Made by a program: the position numbers and the translations under genes. Shown here piece by piece: positions 1 through 9,234 of a DNA stretch of 64,000 nt (the first letter of the stretch is position 1; the number at the start of each line of letters is the position of its first letter). The stretch is from Methanomassiliicoccaceae archaeon (GTDB taxonomy: Archaea > Thermoplasmatota > Thermoplasmata > Methanomassiliicoccales > Methanomassiliicoccaceae). The notes below the pieces were generated by a model. It ran no database searches. It was not told the origin of the DNA and saw nothing but the letters and a program-made list of their open reading frames with translations. Location: contig JAXGZN010000001.1 of assembly GCA_040776945.1 (NCBI GenBank), positions 1,024,001 to 1,088,000 on the forward strand, written 5' to 3'.

Positions 1-626
1 TTCCGTACATGCCGGAGCTGCCACCGATGGTCGTTCCAGTCCTCCTCGCTTGCTCCCAGCTCGTTCATGATGCGCCTTCGGTTCGCCTCCCTGCGCTCGA
101 TCACCTCGGGGTCAAGTCCAGTGGGGTAGGAGTCGATCTTCTCGTAGCACCTAGCGGACAGCACGTCCAAGAAATCGGAGCGGACCCTGGCGGCCTCACG
201 CCCGAAGCTGCTGGTGAAATCGGGCGATCCCTCAGTGGCCATTCCCGACGAGCCGACCGCTCCCTTGACGATATGGTAGAAATCGACGAACAGCGCCCGG
301 TCCTCGGCCCTAAGCTCCGGGCCGTGGACGATGCGGACCATCTCCGCCAGTGTGCTGCACCCGGCCGCCTTCTCGTTCCTCGCCGATATAAGGTTACGGA
401 GCGCCAGGATGCAGAACAGCGCGCTCACCCGTTCCAAGGCATCCACGTCGCAGGATGGGGAATGATAGGAGAGTTCCAGGTGGTGAAGATGGTCGAAGGT
501 CCTTGCCCTGATGTCCTCCAGGTCATCGTTCGATGAAAGAAGGTCGAATAGCGTTGGGTCATATCGCCTCAGGTGCTCCACTTGGATCGATCCTAGGATC
601 GACGCTCCATCGATGCCCGCATTCAT
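1..626 (-). CDS. KamA (lysine 2,3-aminomutase)-family radical SAM protein, N-terminal part (runs off the window)
   Basis: Hand-translated open frame from ATG 626 (not in the ORF track): MNAGIDG...EAARVRSDFLD...YPTGLDPEVIERREANRRRIMNELGASEEDWNDHRWQLRHVR. The 'DWNDxxWQL' segment is typical of the KamA N-terminus; the catalytic CxxxCxxC lies outside the window. Confidence 0.7.
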   Translation of the reverse strand, partial: MNAGIDGASILGSIQVEHLRRYDPTLFDLLSSNDDLEDIRARTFDHLHHLELSYHSPSCDVDALERVSALFCILALRNLISARNEKAAGCSTLAEMVRIVHGPELRAEDRALFVDFYHIVKGAVGSSGMATEGSPDFTSSFGREAARVRSDFLDVLSARCYEKIDSYPTGLDPEVIERREANRRRIMNELGASEEDWNDHRWQLRHVR

Positions 627-911
627 GTTCTCACCCGTTCCCCGATGCTTCTCATCCATCGCTAGTCGCTCATTTCGCATGTCATCCCTTCTGACCCTGT
701 GAGCCGCAATCTGAAAAGAATGGCCTCTCAGGTCCATCTTTAGATACCGCTCATCATATTTCCCATTTTCACCAGTAAGCATGGGTTCTTGCTATGGAAA
801 GATGAGATGACCTAGACGATCTGCCAGCCCCAGGCCGTTCTGCCCGCTGAGCGCTATGGAGATGGTGCGGCTGTACAAAAATTCATATATGGTCATCGGG
901 TTGAGCGCTAC

Positions 912-984
912 GGGCTCATGGTCTAGCGGTTATGACGTCTCCCTCACACGGAGGAGACCGCCGGTTCGAATCCGGCTGAGCCCA
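912..984 (+). tRNA. tRNA-Val(CAC), intronless, CCA not encoded
   Basis: GGGCTCA/TGAGCCC acceptor stem, D-arm TGGTCTAGCGGTTATGA, anticodon loop CTCACAC, T-loop GGTTCGAATCC; TATA-like TTCATATAT about 25 nt upstream. Confidence 0.95.
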
Positions 985-1644
985 CTCATCCTTCTATCCA
1001 GATTATTATTTGAAAATTCTGGCCCTGTTGCAGAACCCTAACGACCAAAGCCACTGGAATACAGTAGGTCGGATCAGGTCGAACGGAGCGCGCTTGACCC
1101 GGACCTCGTTTTTCCTATAGTCCTTCGTTCAGCATTTGATCGGTACTCGAGAAGCGCGGAGATCACGCTGAACGCCGTTTCGGCGCGCGCTCGCTTGGCG
1201 TACAGGCCAAGCAGGGAGTGGCCTCGTACCTCGGAACCCGGATCTATTACGAGATAGAGAGCATGGGCGCGCGCCTGAACATCAGCCTGGACCCGGACCG
1301 GATGTACGAGAAAGGAGAGTCGATCTGCATCAGGTCGCCCCTTCAAAGATTTGGGCGGTCAGACGCGACGGCAAAACAGCCTGCGGCGACAGGGCGATAT
1401 TGCAAGGCCTATTGCCGTACAGTGCCACGGCCGCCTAGGCCATCGAACGGAAGGCCGCCTGTGGAGCGGCCTGCGGAGGGGCAGGGACGCTGGGCTTGTA
1501 GCGAACGTCAGGGCCGTGAGGGCGGGCATGAGGGTCATGGGCATTGTGAGGGACCGGTCGGCGTTCGCGCCACGAAGCCTCATGAGCGGCCTCGCAATCT
1601 ATTTCCGTCCTCCCGTCATCCAAGGTCTCCGATGCGGAGGCAAT

Positions 1645-3618
1645 ATGGCCGTTCCCGGCCCTGATAGGATCATAGGCCTGGGGGTCGACACCGGAGGCAC
1701 CTTCACCGACGCGGCGGTCGTGGACATGACCTCGCGAAAGGTCATGGCCCGTTGCAAGTTCCCCACTAGCCATGATGATCTGATGAGGGCCCTCCACCTG
1801 TCCATCGACGAGACCATCGAACTCAGCGAGGTCCCCGCTTCCAGGATAGACATCGTCTCCGTCTCCACCACCTTGGCCACCAATGCCATCCTCGAGGGCA
1901 AGGGGGGCGATGTAGGCCTCATCGGCATCGGGTGGAGACCCCAGGAGGGGTGGGCGCTGGGGGCCAGGAACCAGGCGTTCATCCGCGGAGGCCACGATCC
2001 CAACGGGAGGCCGGTGGACGCCCTGGACCTGAACGAGGTCAAGGCGGCGATAGACGCGGTCGGAGAGGGGGCCGATGCGCTGGCCATATCCGGCCTGTTC
2101 AGCGTGAACAACCCCAGCCATGAGAACGAGATCAAACGGATGGCCATGGAGCGCACCGGCCTTCCGGCGGTCGTCGGGCACGATCTCACAGGGGAGCTGG
2201 GCATCTACGAGCGCACCGTGACCGCGGTCCTCAACGCCAGGCTCATCCCATCGATAGTGGAGTTCCTGGACGGTACGGTCGGCTCCCTCCGGGCGCGGGG
2301 CGTGGAATGCCCGGTGATGGTGGCCAAGGGGGACGGGAGCCTGATGAGCGTGGAGGCGGCCAGGGAGCGGCCGATCGAGACCATCCTCTCCGGCCCGGCG
2401 GCCAGCGCGGTGGGCGGGATGTTCCTCTCCGGAGAGAGGGACTGCATCGTGATCGATATGGGCGGTACGTCCACCGACATCGCCCTGCTGCACAACGGCC
2501 GGTCCGGCGTGTCCGAGGAGGGCACGACCATCGGAGGGTGGCGAACCAGGGTGCAGACGACGGACATGCGGACCTGCGCCATGGGCGGCGATTCCGAGAT
2601 CTACTCGGAAAAGCACGAGGTCCGCATCGGCCCGGAGAGAGCCGTCCCTCTGTGCATGGCCTCATTGGAGCATCCCGGCCTCATCGACCGATTAAGGTCC
2701 TCTGGCAATTACCGCTTCTATAGGGTGAGCAGAGAAGCCATCAATGGTTTGTCCTCCGGAGAGAGGGCCATCCATGAGCGCCTGCGCTCTCTTGGGCCGC
2801 AGACGCTGGATGAGCTGCGGGTCGGTCTGCCCGAGGTGCTGTTCGTTGACGATCATCTGCACTCCCTTATCAGGCGAGGCCTGGTGGTGAGGCTGGGCTT
2901 CACGCCGACCGACCTGCTGCACGTCCTTGGGAGATATGTCAAGGGAGATGCCGCTGCCTCGGAGGCCGCCCTAGGCATGATCGCCGCCTCCCTGGCCAAG
3001 AGCAAGGAGGTCATGGCCGACGAGCTCTTGGGCCGGATAGTGTCCAACATCTCAGAGGAGGTTCTGAAGATGGCCTTGTTCGGGAACGCTAGGGTGGACG
3101 TTGATGACAGCGGCTACAGGAGGCTCATGGACCTGTTGACCGGAGCAAGGAAGGCTCAGGTCGTGGACCCCAGACCGGTCCTCGACCGGCCGATCATCGG
3201 TGTGGGGGCACCTGCGGGAGCGTTCATACCCCTGGTCGGCGCAAGGCTCGGGGCCAGGACGGTCCTGCCTGCCGATCATGACGTAGGCAACGCGGTGGGA
3301 GCGGTCACGGGCAAGATATGCGAGTTCGCCAAGGTAACGGTCGTTCCGATGAACGACCGATTTCACACCTACTCTCCGCTGGGCGTCCCCATATCCCATC
3401 CCACCATGGACGCCGCGCTCGATAGCGCCAAGCGCATCGTCTCGGAGATCATAACCCGCAAGGCCAAGGCCTCGGGGGCCAACGGAAACATCGAGATCAG
3501 CATCGAGATGGATGAGGTCAAGGCGATCGTCGGCCATCCAGTGGCGCAAGAGGTCATCTCCCACATCGATGTCCGTGGCTTTGGCATCGCAGAGCCGGAC
3601 CTTGCGCGCAGGCCATGA
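1645..3618 (+). CDS. Hydantoinase/oxoprolinase A-subunit family protein
   Basis: GVDTGGTFTDA, STTLATNAILEG, ETILSGPAAS and DMGGTSTDI motifs; start placed at ATG 1645 after GGAGG. Confidence 0.9.
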   Translation: MAVPGPDRIIGLGVDTGGTFTDAAVVDMTSRKVMARCKFPTSHDDLMRALHLSIDETIELSEVPASRIDIVSVSTTLATNAILEGKGGDVGLIGIGWRPQEGWALGARNQAFIRGGHDPNGRPVDALDLNEVKAAIDAVGEGADALAISGLFSVNNPSHENEIKRMAMERTGLPAVVGHDLTGELGIYERTVTAVLNARLIPSIVEFLDGTVGSLRARGVECPVMVAKGDGSLMSVEAARERPIETILSGPAASAVGGMFLSGERDCIVIDMGGTSTDIALLHNGRSGVSEEGTTIGGWRTRVQTTDMRTCAMGGDSEIYSEKHEVRIGPERAVPLCMASLEHPGLIDRLRSSGNYRFYRVSREAINGLSSGERAIHERLRSLGPQTLDELRVGLPEVLFVDDHLHSLIRRGLVVRLGFTPTDLLHVLGRYVKGDAAASEAALGMIAASLAKSKEVMADELLGRIVSNISEEVLKMALFGNARVDVDDSGYRRLMDLLTGARKAQVVDPRPVLDRPIIGVGAPAGAFIPLVGARLGARTVLPADHDVGNAVGAVTGKICEFAKVTVVPMNDRFHTYSPLGVPISHPTMDAALDSAKRIVSEIITRKAKASGANGNIEISIEMDEVKAIVGHPVAQEVISHIDVRGFGIAEPDLARRP

Positions 3619-3675
3619 GGGAGCGGTCGGACGCTTCCGCTCGATGCAACTCCCCTGCCCTCCCGGCACGCGCCC

Positions 3676-4233
3676 TCAGGCTACCAGCAGCTCGGCCTGT
3701 CTCAGCTCCTCGGCGAGCTTTTCGACCGCGACCCCAACGTCCTCAGGTCTCCTCGCGCCGGTGCACACCAGTCTCCCGGACCCGAACAGCAGGATGACGA
3801 CCTTGGGATCGTCCATGCGGTAGACCAGGCCGGGGAACACCTCCGGCTCGTACTCCACCCGCTCCAGGCCCAAGGTGATGACCACCGATGCCAGGTTGAT
3901 CGGGCTCTCCAGGTTGGAGGAGGCCACTATGTTCTGCACCTCCACAGTCGGCGATCTCTCGACCTTGACCCCTGCCGCCCGCACGCTCTCGGTGACCTTG
4001 TCGACCGCGATCTGCACATGCTTCAGCGTCTTCGCGCCGGTGCACACCAGCTTGCCGCTGCGGAACAGGAGGGTGGCGGTCTTGGGGTTCTTCAGCCGGA
4101 ATACCAGCCCGGGGAACGATTCAGGATTGTACTCCGATCCAGGCATGGACTGGACCAGCTTGCTGAGGTCAAGCTCGCATCCGAGGCTCGCGGACGCCAC
4201 TATGTTCTGTATCTCGTAGTTGGTAATATCTAT
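3676..4233 (-). CDS. tbp: TATA-box-binding protein (start uncertain: GTG 4200 or non-canonical ATA 4233)
   Basis: Two repeats, EYNPESFPGLVFRL...LLFRSGKLVCTGAK and EYEPEVFPGLVYRM...LLFGSGRLVCTGAR, each preceded by a QNIVAS strand. Confidence 0.95.
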   Translation of the reverse strand: MDITNYEIQNIVASASLGCELDLSKLVQSMPGSEYNPESFPGLVFRLKNPKTATLLFRSGKLVCTGAKTLKHVQIAVDKVTESVRAAGVKVERSPTVEVQNIVASSNLESPINLASVVITLGLERVEYEPEVFPGLVYRMDDPKVVILLFGSGRLVCTGARRPEDVGVAVEKLAEELRQAELLVA

Positions 4234-4783
4234 GCCCCGAGGCGGGTAGGTACTTCCCTATATAAGCCGGAAGTGCCTGCCTTCATCCCGATCGTCGGAC
4301 GTTCGGCCCTTTTCATCCACATAGTTCGAGTTTTTTACCTGCGCCCGCAGGTTGCAGGTCGCGCCCGACCCGTGGTGGAGGAGCTGTCACGCACCCATGG
4401 TTCGGCCTTATGGCCGAGCACGGAGAAAGCCATCGGAAGAAGGACAAGACCATGGGGCTAAACATCGGCCTCAAGTACTGTGGCTGCGAGGTCATCGCTC
4501 CCCTTATGATCAAGCTCGCCAGGAAGCACGTGCTGCCCGTCGGACGCCCTGGACGGCCGGTAGCATGATGGTGATAGGGAACTTCCGGTGCATCGAAGGA
4601 GGGCTTCTCGCACTGTCCGCCCCCGCTTCACCTTTCCATCAAAGCCCTTCAGCTCCACGTTCTTGTCCTTTCTAAAGGAGGAAGCCTTTAGCAATAATTG
4701 GGCGAGCGTCATCCATCGGTCGACCCCTTGGCCCTGGCCTCTCTTAGGACTGTTCCGAACGAGCACCGATGCCATTACGGCAC

Positions 4784-5014
4784 ATGGATGTTGCATGTGC
4801 CATGGATTTCAGTGCTCGGGCCTCCTACGAGCCGCCGGAGGAGAACGGGCCTCTGGAGGCGCTCAAAGACCGCTTCCAGTTCCACTATCACATCGGCCGT
4901 GCGCAGGACAGGGCCAGCATCGTGGAAAAGGCCACAGGCCCCATCTTGCCATATACTTTGGTGGTGCGGGCACCTGGACAAGAAGACCGGATCATAAAAA
5001 TGTTAGATAGATGA
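4784..5014 (+). CDS. Small hypothetical protein
   Basis: Short ORF MDVACAMDFSARASYEPP...IIKMLDR with plausible composition; no recognisable motif. Confidence 0.35.
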   Translation: MDVACAMDFSARASYEPPEENGPLEALKDRFQFHYHIGRAQDRASIVEKATGPILPYTLVVRAPGQEDRIIKMLDR

Positions 5015-5081
5015 CGAAGCCCGCTGCCGCTGCGGCGATCTCTATGGCAATACAAAGGATGGTGATGACAAGCTTGCTCAT
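4992..5081 (-). CDS. 29-aa single-pass membrane microprotein
   Basis: GGGAGG then ATG: MSKLVITILCIAIEIAAAAAGFVIYLTFL*; one hydrophobic helix; below the ORF-track cutoff. Confidence 0.55.
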   Translation of the reverse strand: MSKLVITILCIAIEIAAAAAGFVIYLTFL

Positions 5082-5202
5082 GGCCCTCCCGCCGAACCTT
5101 CTCTCAGAGGGCCGGCTATCTAATCCTTACCAACGTTCCTGCGTCTCCGGGAGAACCATGTTGATATATCCGGGCGTGCTTTTCCCTTATAGGTTGGAAC
5201 AA

Positions 5203-5268
5203 ATGAGCTGCCGTGGCGTCGCCCATCTCTCATCGGTGCGGTCCTTCAGCTCCAGCTTTGTTTTTTGA
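5203..5268 (+). promoter_or_regulatory. Putative Phe-rich leader peptide (21 aa) and structured leader of aroA'
   Basis: MSCRGVAHLSSVRSFSSSFVF*; U-tract TTTGTTTTTT at 5257-5266; hairpin 5270-5296; TATA-like TTGATATA at 5161. Confidence 0.55.
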
Positions 5269-5332
5269 CGGCCTGCGCGTGAGCACGCGGCAGGCCTGAT
5301 CGTTCCATCCTTCGAACACGAGGTGAAATGGC

Positions 5333-6130
5333 ATGAGCTATACTGGAAAGGCAGTGCGCATGGAGAGGATAATCAATAGGGAGACCGGCAGGACGGTCAT
5401 CGTCCCCATGGACCACGGAATGAGCCTGGGTCCTATAGGCGGGCTGGTGAACATGTCAGCGACGGTGGACCGGGCCGCCGAGGGCGGGGCCAACGCCGTC
5501 CTCGGACATGTTGGCCTGGCGCTTCACGGCCACCGCCGGCACGGAAAGGACATAGGGCTGATAATGCATCTGTCCGCATCCACCAGTCTGTCACCGGATC
5601 CCAACGACAAGGTCCTGGTGACATCGGTGGAAGAGGCCCTGAAGATGGGTGCCGACGGAGTGTCGGTGCACATCAATCTAGGCGCGGAGACGGAAGGGGA
5701 CATGCTGCGGGCGCTGGGGGCCACCGCAATGAAGTGCCGGGAGTGGGGGATGCCCCTGGTGGCGATGATGTATCCCCGTGGCAGAAAGATCACCTCCGAG
5801 AACTCCGCCTGCTACGTGAAGATCGCGGCGCGGGCCGCGGCCGAACTGGGGGTGGACATCGTGAAGACCAACTACACCGGGAGCATCGAGACGTTCCGAG
5901 AGGTCACCAGCGGCTGCCCCGTCCCCGTCGTGGTCGCCGGCGGACCTAGGATGGAAACGACCGAACAGATACTGGAAATGGTGCGTGATTCCATAGAGGC
6001 AGGGGGCGCTGGGGTGGCCATTGGGCGCAACATCTTCCAGGCCAATGATCCGGTGGCCATGCTCAAGGCCGTTACAGCCATAGTGCAGGAGGATGCCACC
6101 GTGCCGGAGGCGATGAGGTTACTGAGGTGA
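5333..6130 (+). CDS. aroA': 2-amino-3,7-dideoxy-D-threo-hept-6-ulosonate synthase (DhnA-type class I aldolase, archaeal aromatic pathway)
   Basis: [40 protein letters not shown] (Schiff-base Lys) and GRNIFQ; SD GAGGTGA. Confidence 0.88.
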   Translation: MSYTGKAVRMERIINRETGRTVIVPMDHGMSLGPIGGLVNMSATVDRAAEGGANAVLGHVGLALHGHRRHGKDIGLIMHLSASTSLSPDPNDKVLVTSVEEALKMGADGVSVHINLGAETEGDMLRALGATAMKCREWGMPLVAMMYPRGRKITSENSACYVKIAARAAAELGVDIVKTNYTGSIETFREVTSGCPVPVVVAGGPRMETTEQILEMVRDSIEAGGAGVAIGRNIFQANDPVAMLKAVTAIVQEDATVPEAMRLLR

Positions 6131-6871
6131 TCATCTCTCCCTCCATCTGGCCTTCCTCAAGCCGATGTACAGGAAGATCGCAGAAAGGGAGATCACCACC
6201 GCCGCGTCCATAAGCATGACCTCTGTGGGAACTACGGTGAAGCCGGCGAGCGCCTGTGCCAGGCGCGCGGTGTAGGTGGTCGGCGATAGGTAGGCCAGCA
6301 CCCGAAATGGTTCCGGTATCAAGGTGAGGGGGTAGTACACCGGGGCCAAAGTGGAGAACAGGGTGGTGATGAGGCGTGAAAATCCAAAGCTCTGGACGAT
6401 GTCCGAGGAGATCGTGGACAGCGCGAACCCCAAGGAGACCGAGGAGAGGAACATAAGCAGAAGTATGATCGCGATGGCGGTGGCCTGGAACCAGGTGACC
6501 GGCACGAAGAGCGCGAACAGTATCACGAGGACGAGCAAGGCAGGAGAACTGTAGACGATCTCAGCAATGGCCATGCCCGCCACGTACGTTCCAGGGCCGG
6601 TCGGGGAGGCCACCACCATCTCCTGGAGCCGAAAGTCGTTCTTCAGATGAGATAGGTCGGCCTGGAGGAACATGCCGCTCTGGAACATAGTCATGATCAT
6701 CCCGCCCAAGATCGCAACGCCAAGGAGATCGCCGTGGCTCACAAAGAAGATGAGGATGAGGAACGACAGGGGAGAGATCAGCGTATTTATCAGGATCACT
6801 GGATAGGCCCTCATCTCGTAGATCGCGTTCACGAGGATGGATGCCAGCAACTGGCTGGAAAGTTTGCTCAA
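6131..6871 (-). CDS. ABC-2 type exporter permease
   Basis: About six hydrophobic segments, APVYYP...SPTTY motif; start overlaps the ATPase stop. Confidence 0.85.
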   Translation of the reverse strand: MSKLSSQLLASILVNAIYEMRAYPVILINTLISPLSFLILIFFVSHGDLLGVAILGGMIMTMFQSGMFLQADLSHLKNDFRLQEMVVASPTGPGTYVAGMAIAEIVYSSPALLVLVILFALFVPVTWFQATAIAIILLLMFLSSVSLGFALSTISSDIVQSFGFSRLITTLFSTLAPVYYPLTLIPEPFRVLAYLSPTTYTARLAQALAGFTVVPTEVMLMDAAVVISLSAIFLYIGLRKARWRER

Positions 6872-7791
6872 TCCCTGGCCTCCCCGTTGTCAGCGTCGAT
6901 CTTCCTGCCCACTTTCCTATAGAATATGTCTTCCAAGGTCACGGGGTTCAGCGAGAACCAGGTGCCGCTGTCTATAAGCACCTTCGACAGTTCATGAGAG
7001 CCCTCATCGGTCGTCATCACTTGGGTCATTCCGTCCCTTCCGACCATCATCTCTCCCTCGAAAGGCGGCAGAGCGGTGCCTGAAGGAAACTTGAGCACGT
7101 ACCTGCGGCCCATGCTCGCCCTCAGATCCTCCATCGAGCCCAACGCCAGTAGGCGGCCGCCATCAAGGATGCCGATGCGATCGGCAATGGACTCGGCCTC
7201 TTCCAGATAATGGGTGGTCATGAACAGGAACCGGTCCTTGCTGATGTCGGTCAGCAGTCCCCACAGGTCCCTTCGGGATATTGGGTCCAGACCGGTGCTC
7301 GGTTCATCGAGGAATATGAGGTCGGCGCCGGAGGCGATGACCATGGCGACCAGGGCCTTCCTCTTCATGCCGCCGGACAAAACCCTATTGATCCTGTTGG
7401 CGTGCTCCTCGATGCCGACCATGGCCACGGCGTCTCTGGCCTTTCGCATGGCGTCCTTATGGGCCTCTCCGCGCCAAAGCAGATATGCGGTGATCATCTG
7501 CACGGGGGACATCCACGGGACCACCTTTCCCTCTTGGGGGACCACGGCCATCCTGCTTCGCAGCTCCGCCGCGTCCTCCATTATGTCCAGCCCATCGATG
7601 GTAGCCCTCCCCGAGCTGGGCTCCAACAAGGTCGACATCACCCTGGTCAAAGTGGTCTTTCCCGCGCCATTGCGCCCTATGAGGGCGAACACTCCCCGGG
7701 TCGGGATGGTGAAGCTGATGTCCGAGAGGGCCTCCTTGCCGTTGCTGTATACCTTCGACAGGTTCTCGCATGATACCTCGTTGACCACCAT
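6868..7791 (-). CDS. ABC exporter ATP-binding protein
   Basis: GRNGAGKTT, LSGGMKRK, FLDEPSTGLD, TTHYLEEA. Confidence 0.93.
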   Translation of the reverse strand: MVVNEVSCENLSKVYSNGKEALSDISFTIPTRGVFALIGRNGAGKTTLTRVMSTLLEPSSGRATIDGLDIMEDAAELRSRMAVVPQEGKVVPWMSPVQMITAYLLWRGEAHKDAMRKARDAVAMVGIEEHANRINRVLSGGMKRKALVAMVIASGADLIFLDEPSTGLDPISRRDLWGLLTDISKDRFLFMTTHYLEEAESIADRIGILDGGRLLALGSMEDLRASMGRRYVLKFPSGTALPPFEGEMMVGRDGMTQVMTTDEGSHELSKVLIDSGTWFSLNPVTLEDIFYRKVGRKIDADNGEARD

Positions 7792-7934
7792 TCTAGCTCT
7801 CCTGGGCAGGATATCTAAACGCCTTCCTCGTATAATTCTGATGGGTCGGTAAAGCAGGAACGAATAATATCTGCCGCTTGTTCTCCAAGACAGGCCGAGG
7901 GGCCTATGGCCGGCCTTTAATGCCCTCGAATAAT

Positions 7935-7961
7935 TATTATACTGTCAGATAAAGTATAATA
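7935..7961. promoter_or_regulatory. Inverted repeat, putative operator
   Basis: TATTATACT-N9-AGTATAATA in an AT-rich intergenic stretch. Confidence 0.45.
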
Positions 7962-8056
7962 TCCGTGATGATAACGGGCAGCGGGGAACTAGAGCGCAGC
8001 ATCCCGACGACCCCTGTCCGGTCAGAAGATATGACGCGACCGCATCGCTGACGGAT
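7961..8056 (+). ncRNA. Candidate C/D-box (K-turn) RNA
   Basis: Box C GTGATGA at 7965-7971, box D CTGA at 8048-8051, terminal complementarity ATCCG/CGGAT; internal D'/C' boxes not clear. Confidence 0.3.
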
Positions 8057-8242
8057 CAGTGAAGGGAACGAGGGCATGATGGACAAGCTCACATCGAGTA
8101 AAAAGAGGCTCGCGGCAAGGTTGGTCCGCACGGCGGTAACAGGCCCAATATTCCCCGGTCTCCTGATCACTGCGCGAGGAGGTAATGCGTTTCTCGCAAA
8201 CTGAACGGCATTAAGATGACATGGCTATGAGCGGTTCATCCC

Positions 8243-8275
8243 CGGCGGCGTTGCCCCCGCCGCCGAATTTTTTTT
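8243..8275 (+). terminator. Hairpin plus poly-T terminator
   Basis: CGGCGGCG-N7-CGCCGCCG followed by AA and T8. Confidence 0.65.
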
Positions 8276-9234
8276 ATTTCACTGAGATGCCGAAAAACCG
8301 TAATCGGCGCGGGGCGCTCTAAGGCCTGCCGCCCGATGTCGTGACCACATGGCCATTGTCCCGGCATAGTCCTTCGGCGCAGACAAGGCCGCTCTCATGG
8401 CCCGGCCTGCGCCCGAGCTCACGGCTAACCTCGACCAGGCAGGCCCGCTCATCCATGTTCGGAGTAGGCCGTGGTCGAACAACAGCGTACGCGGAGCAAG
8501 GGATCGTACGCGGCCAAGGTTCATTGGGAATCGCCATCATTTCATTTAGATCGCCTCCGAGCGTCCCCCGCGGCCTAACACAGGCCAGCCTATGCCATTG
8601 CCTCGAGGAGGGTGTCATGAACAGGCCCATAGGCGGAAGTGGTTACGTGGCCCCTGTCCACGCATGGAGGCGATCCCATCTTAGCCCCATTGACGGTCCA
8701 GGCCGATCTCGCCTCAAGGAAGGGGCGGCCCTCGGCGCATGATCCCGGACATGCATCGTTCATGATGGCCCGTGTCCGTCTAAGCAGAGCTGTGGTGACG
8801 CCAGGGAGTAGAAAGGCTCTACCTTCCGGCGAGGTCCGACTAGCATCACGCGGCACCAGGAATTACGGACCGCACGACCTCTCAGCAAGGGGACGCTGAT
8901 GCTTTCGTCTGACACCGGCCCTTGGGCCGGTGAGCAGCTCTCTTAAGTTCAGCAGGGCATGGGCCGCATGAACGTCGACGGTCTGCGGAGACTGCGGTCC
9001 TGGGAAAGAGCGATGCATTTGTCCATCAAACGCCGGGGAACGCACGAACATATCGACCCGAACAAGGCGGTCTGTGAAGCTCCGATACCTATCTTGGAAC
9101 GCCCATTGCGATGGCGATAGGCCCCAGGGCGCCTATTTCCATGCTTCCTGGCGAACCTCGAGTGCCGAAAGGCCGGGCGAAGGCCAAAGACGCTGGTCAA
9201 TCTATTCAAATATTTGAGCGTCAATTCAAAGAAC

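Noticed and set aside
7935-7961. dif/XerA recombination site
   Set aside because: The 9-9-9 geometry does not match the 11-6-11 dif layout; kept only as a possible operator.
8280-9200. Short overlapping ORFs, including a possible frameshifted CBS remnant near 8617
   Set aside because: No consistent coding frame or recognisable motif; too weak to call.
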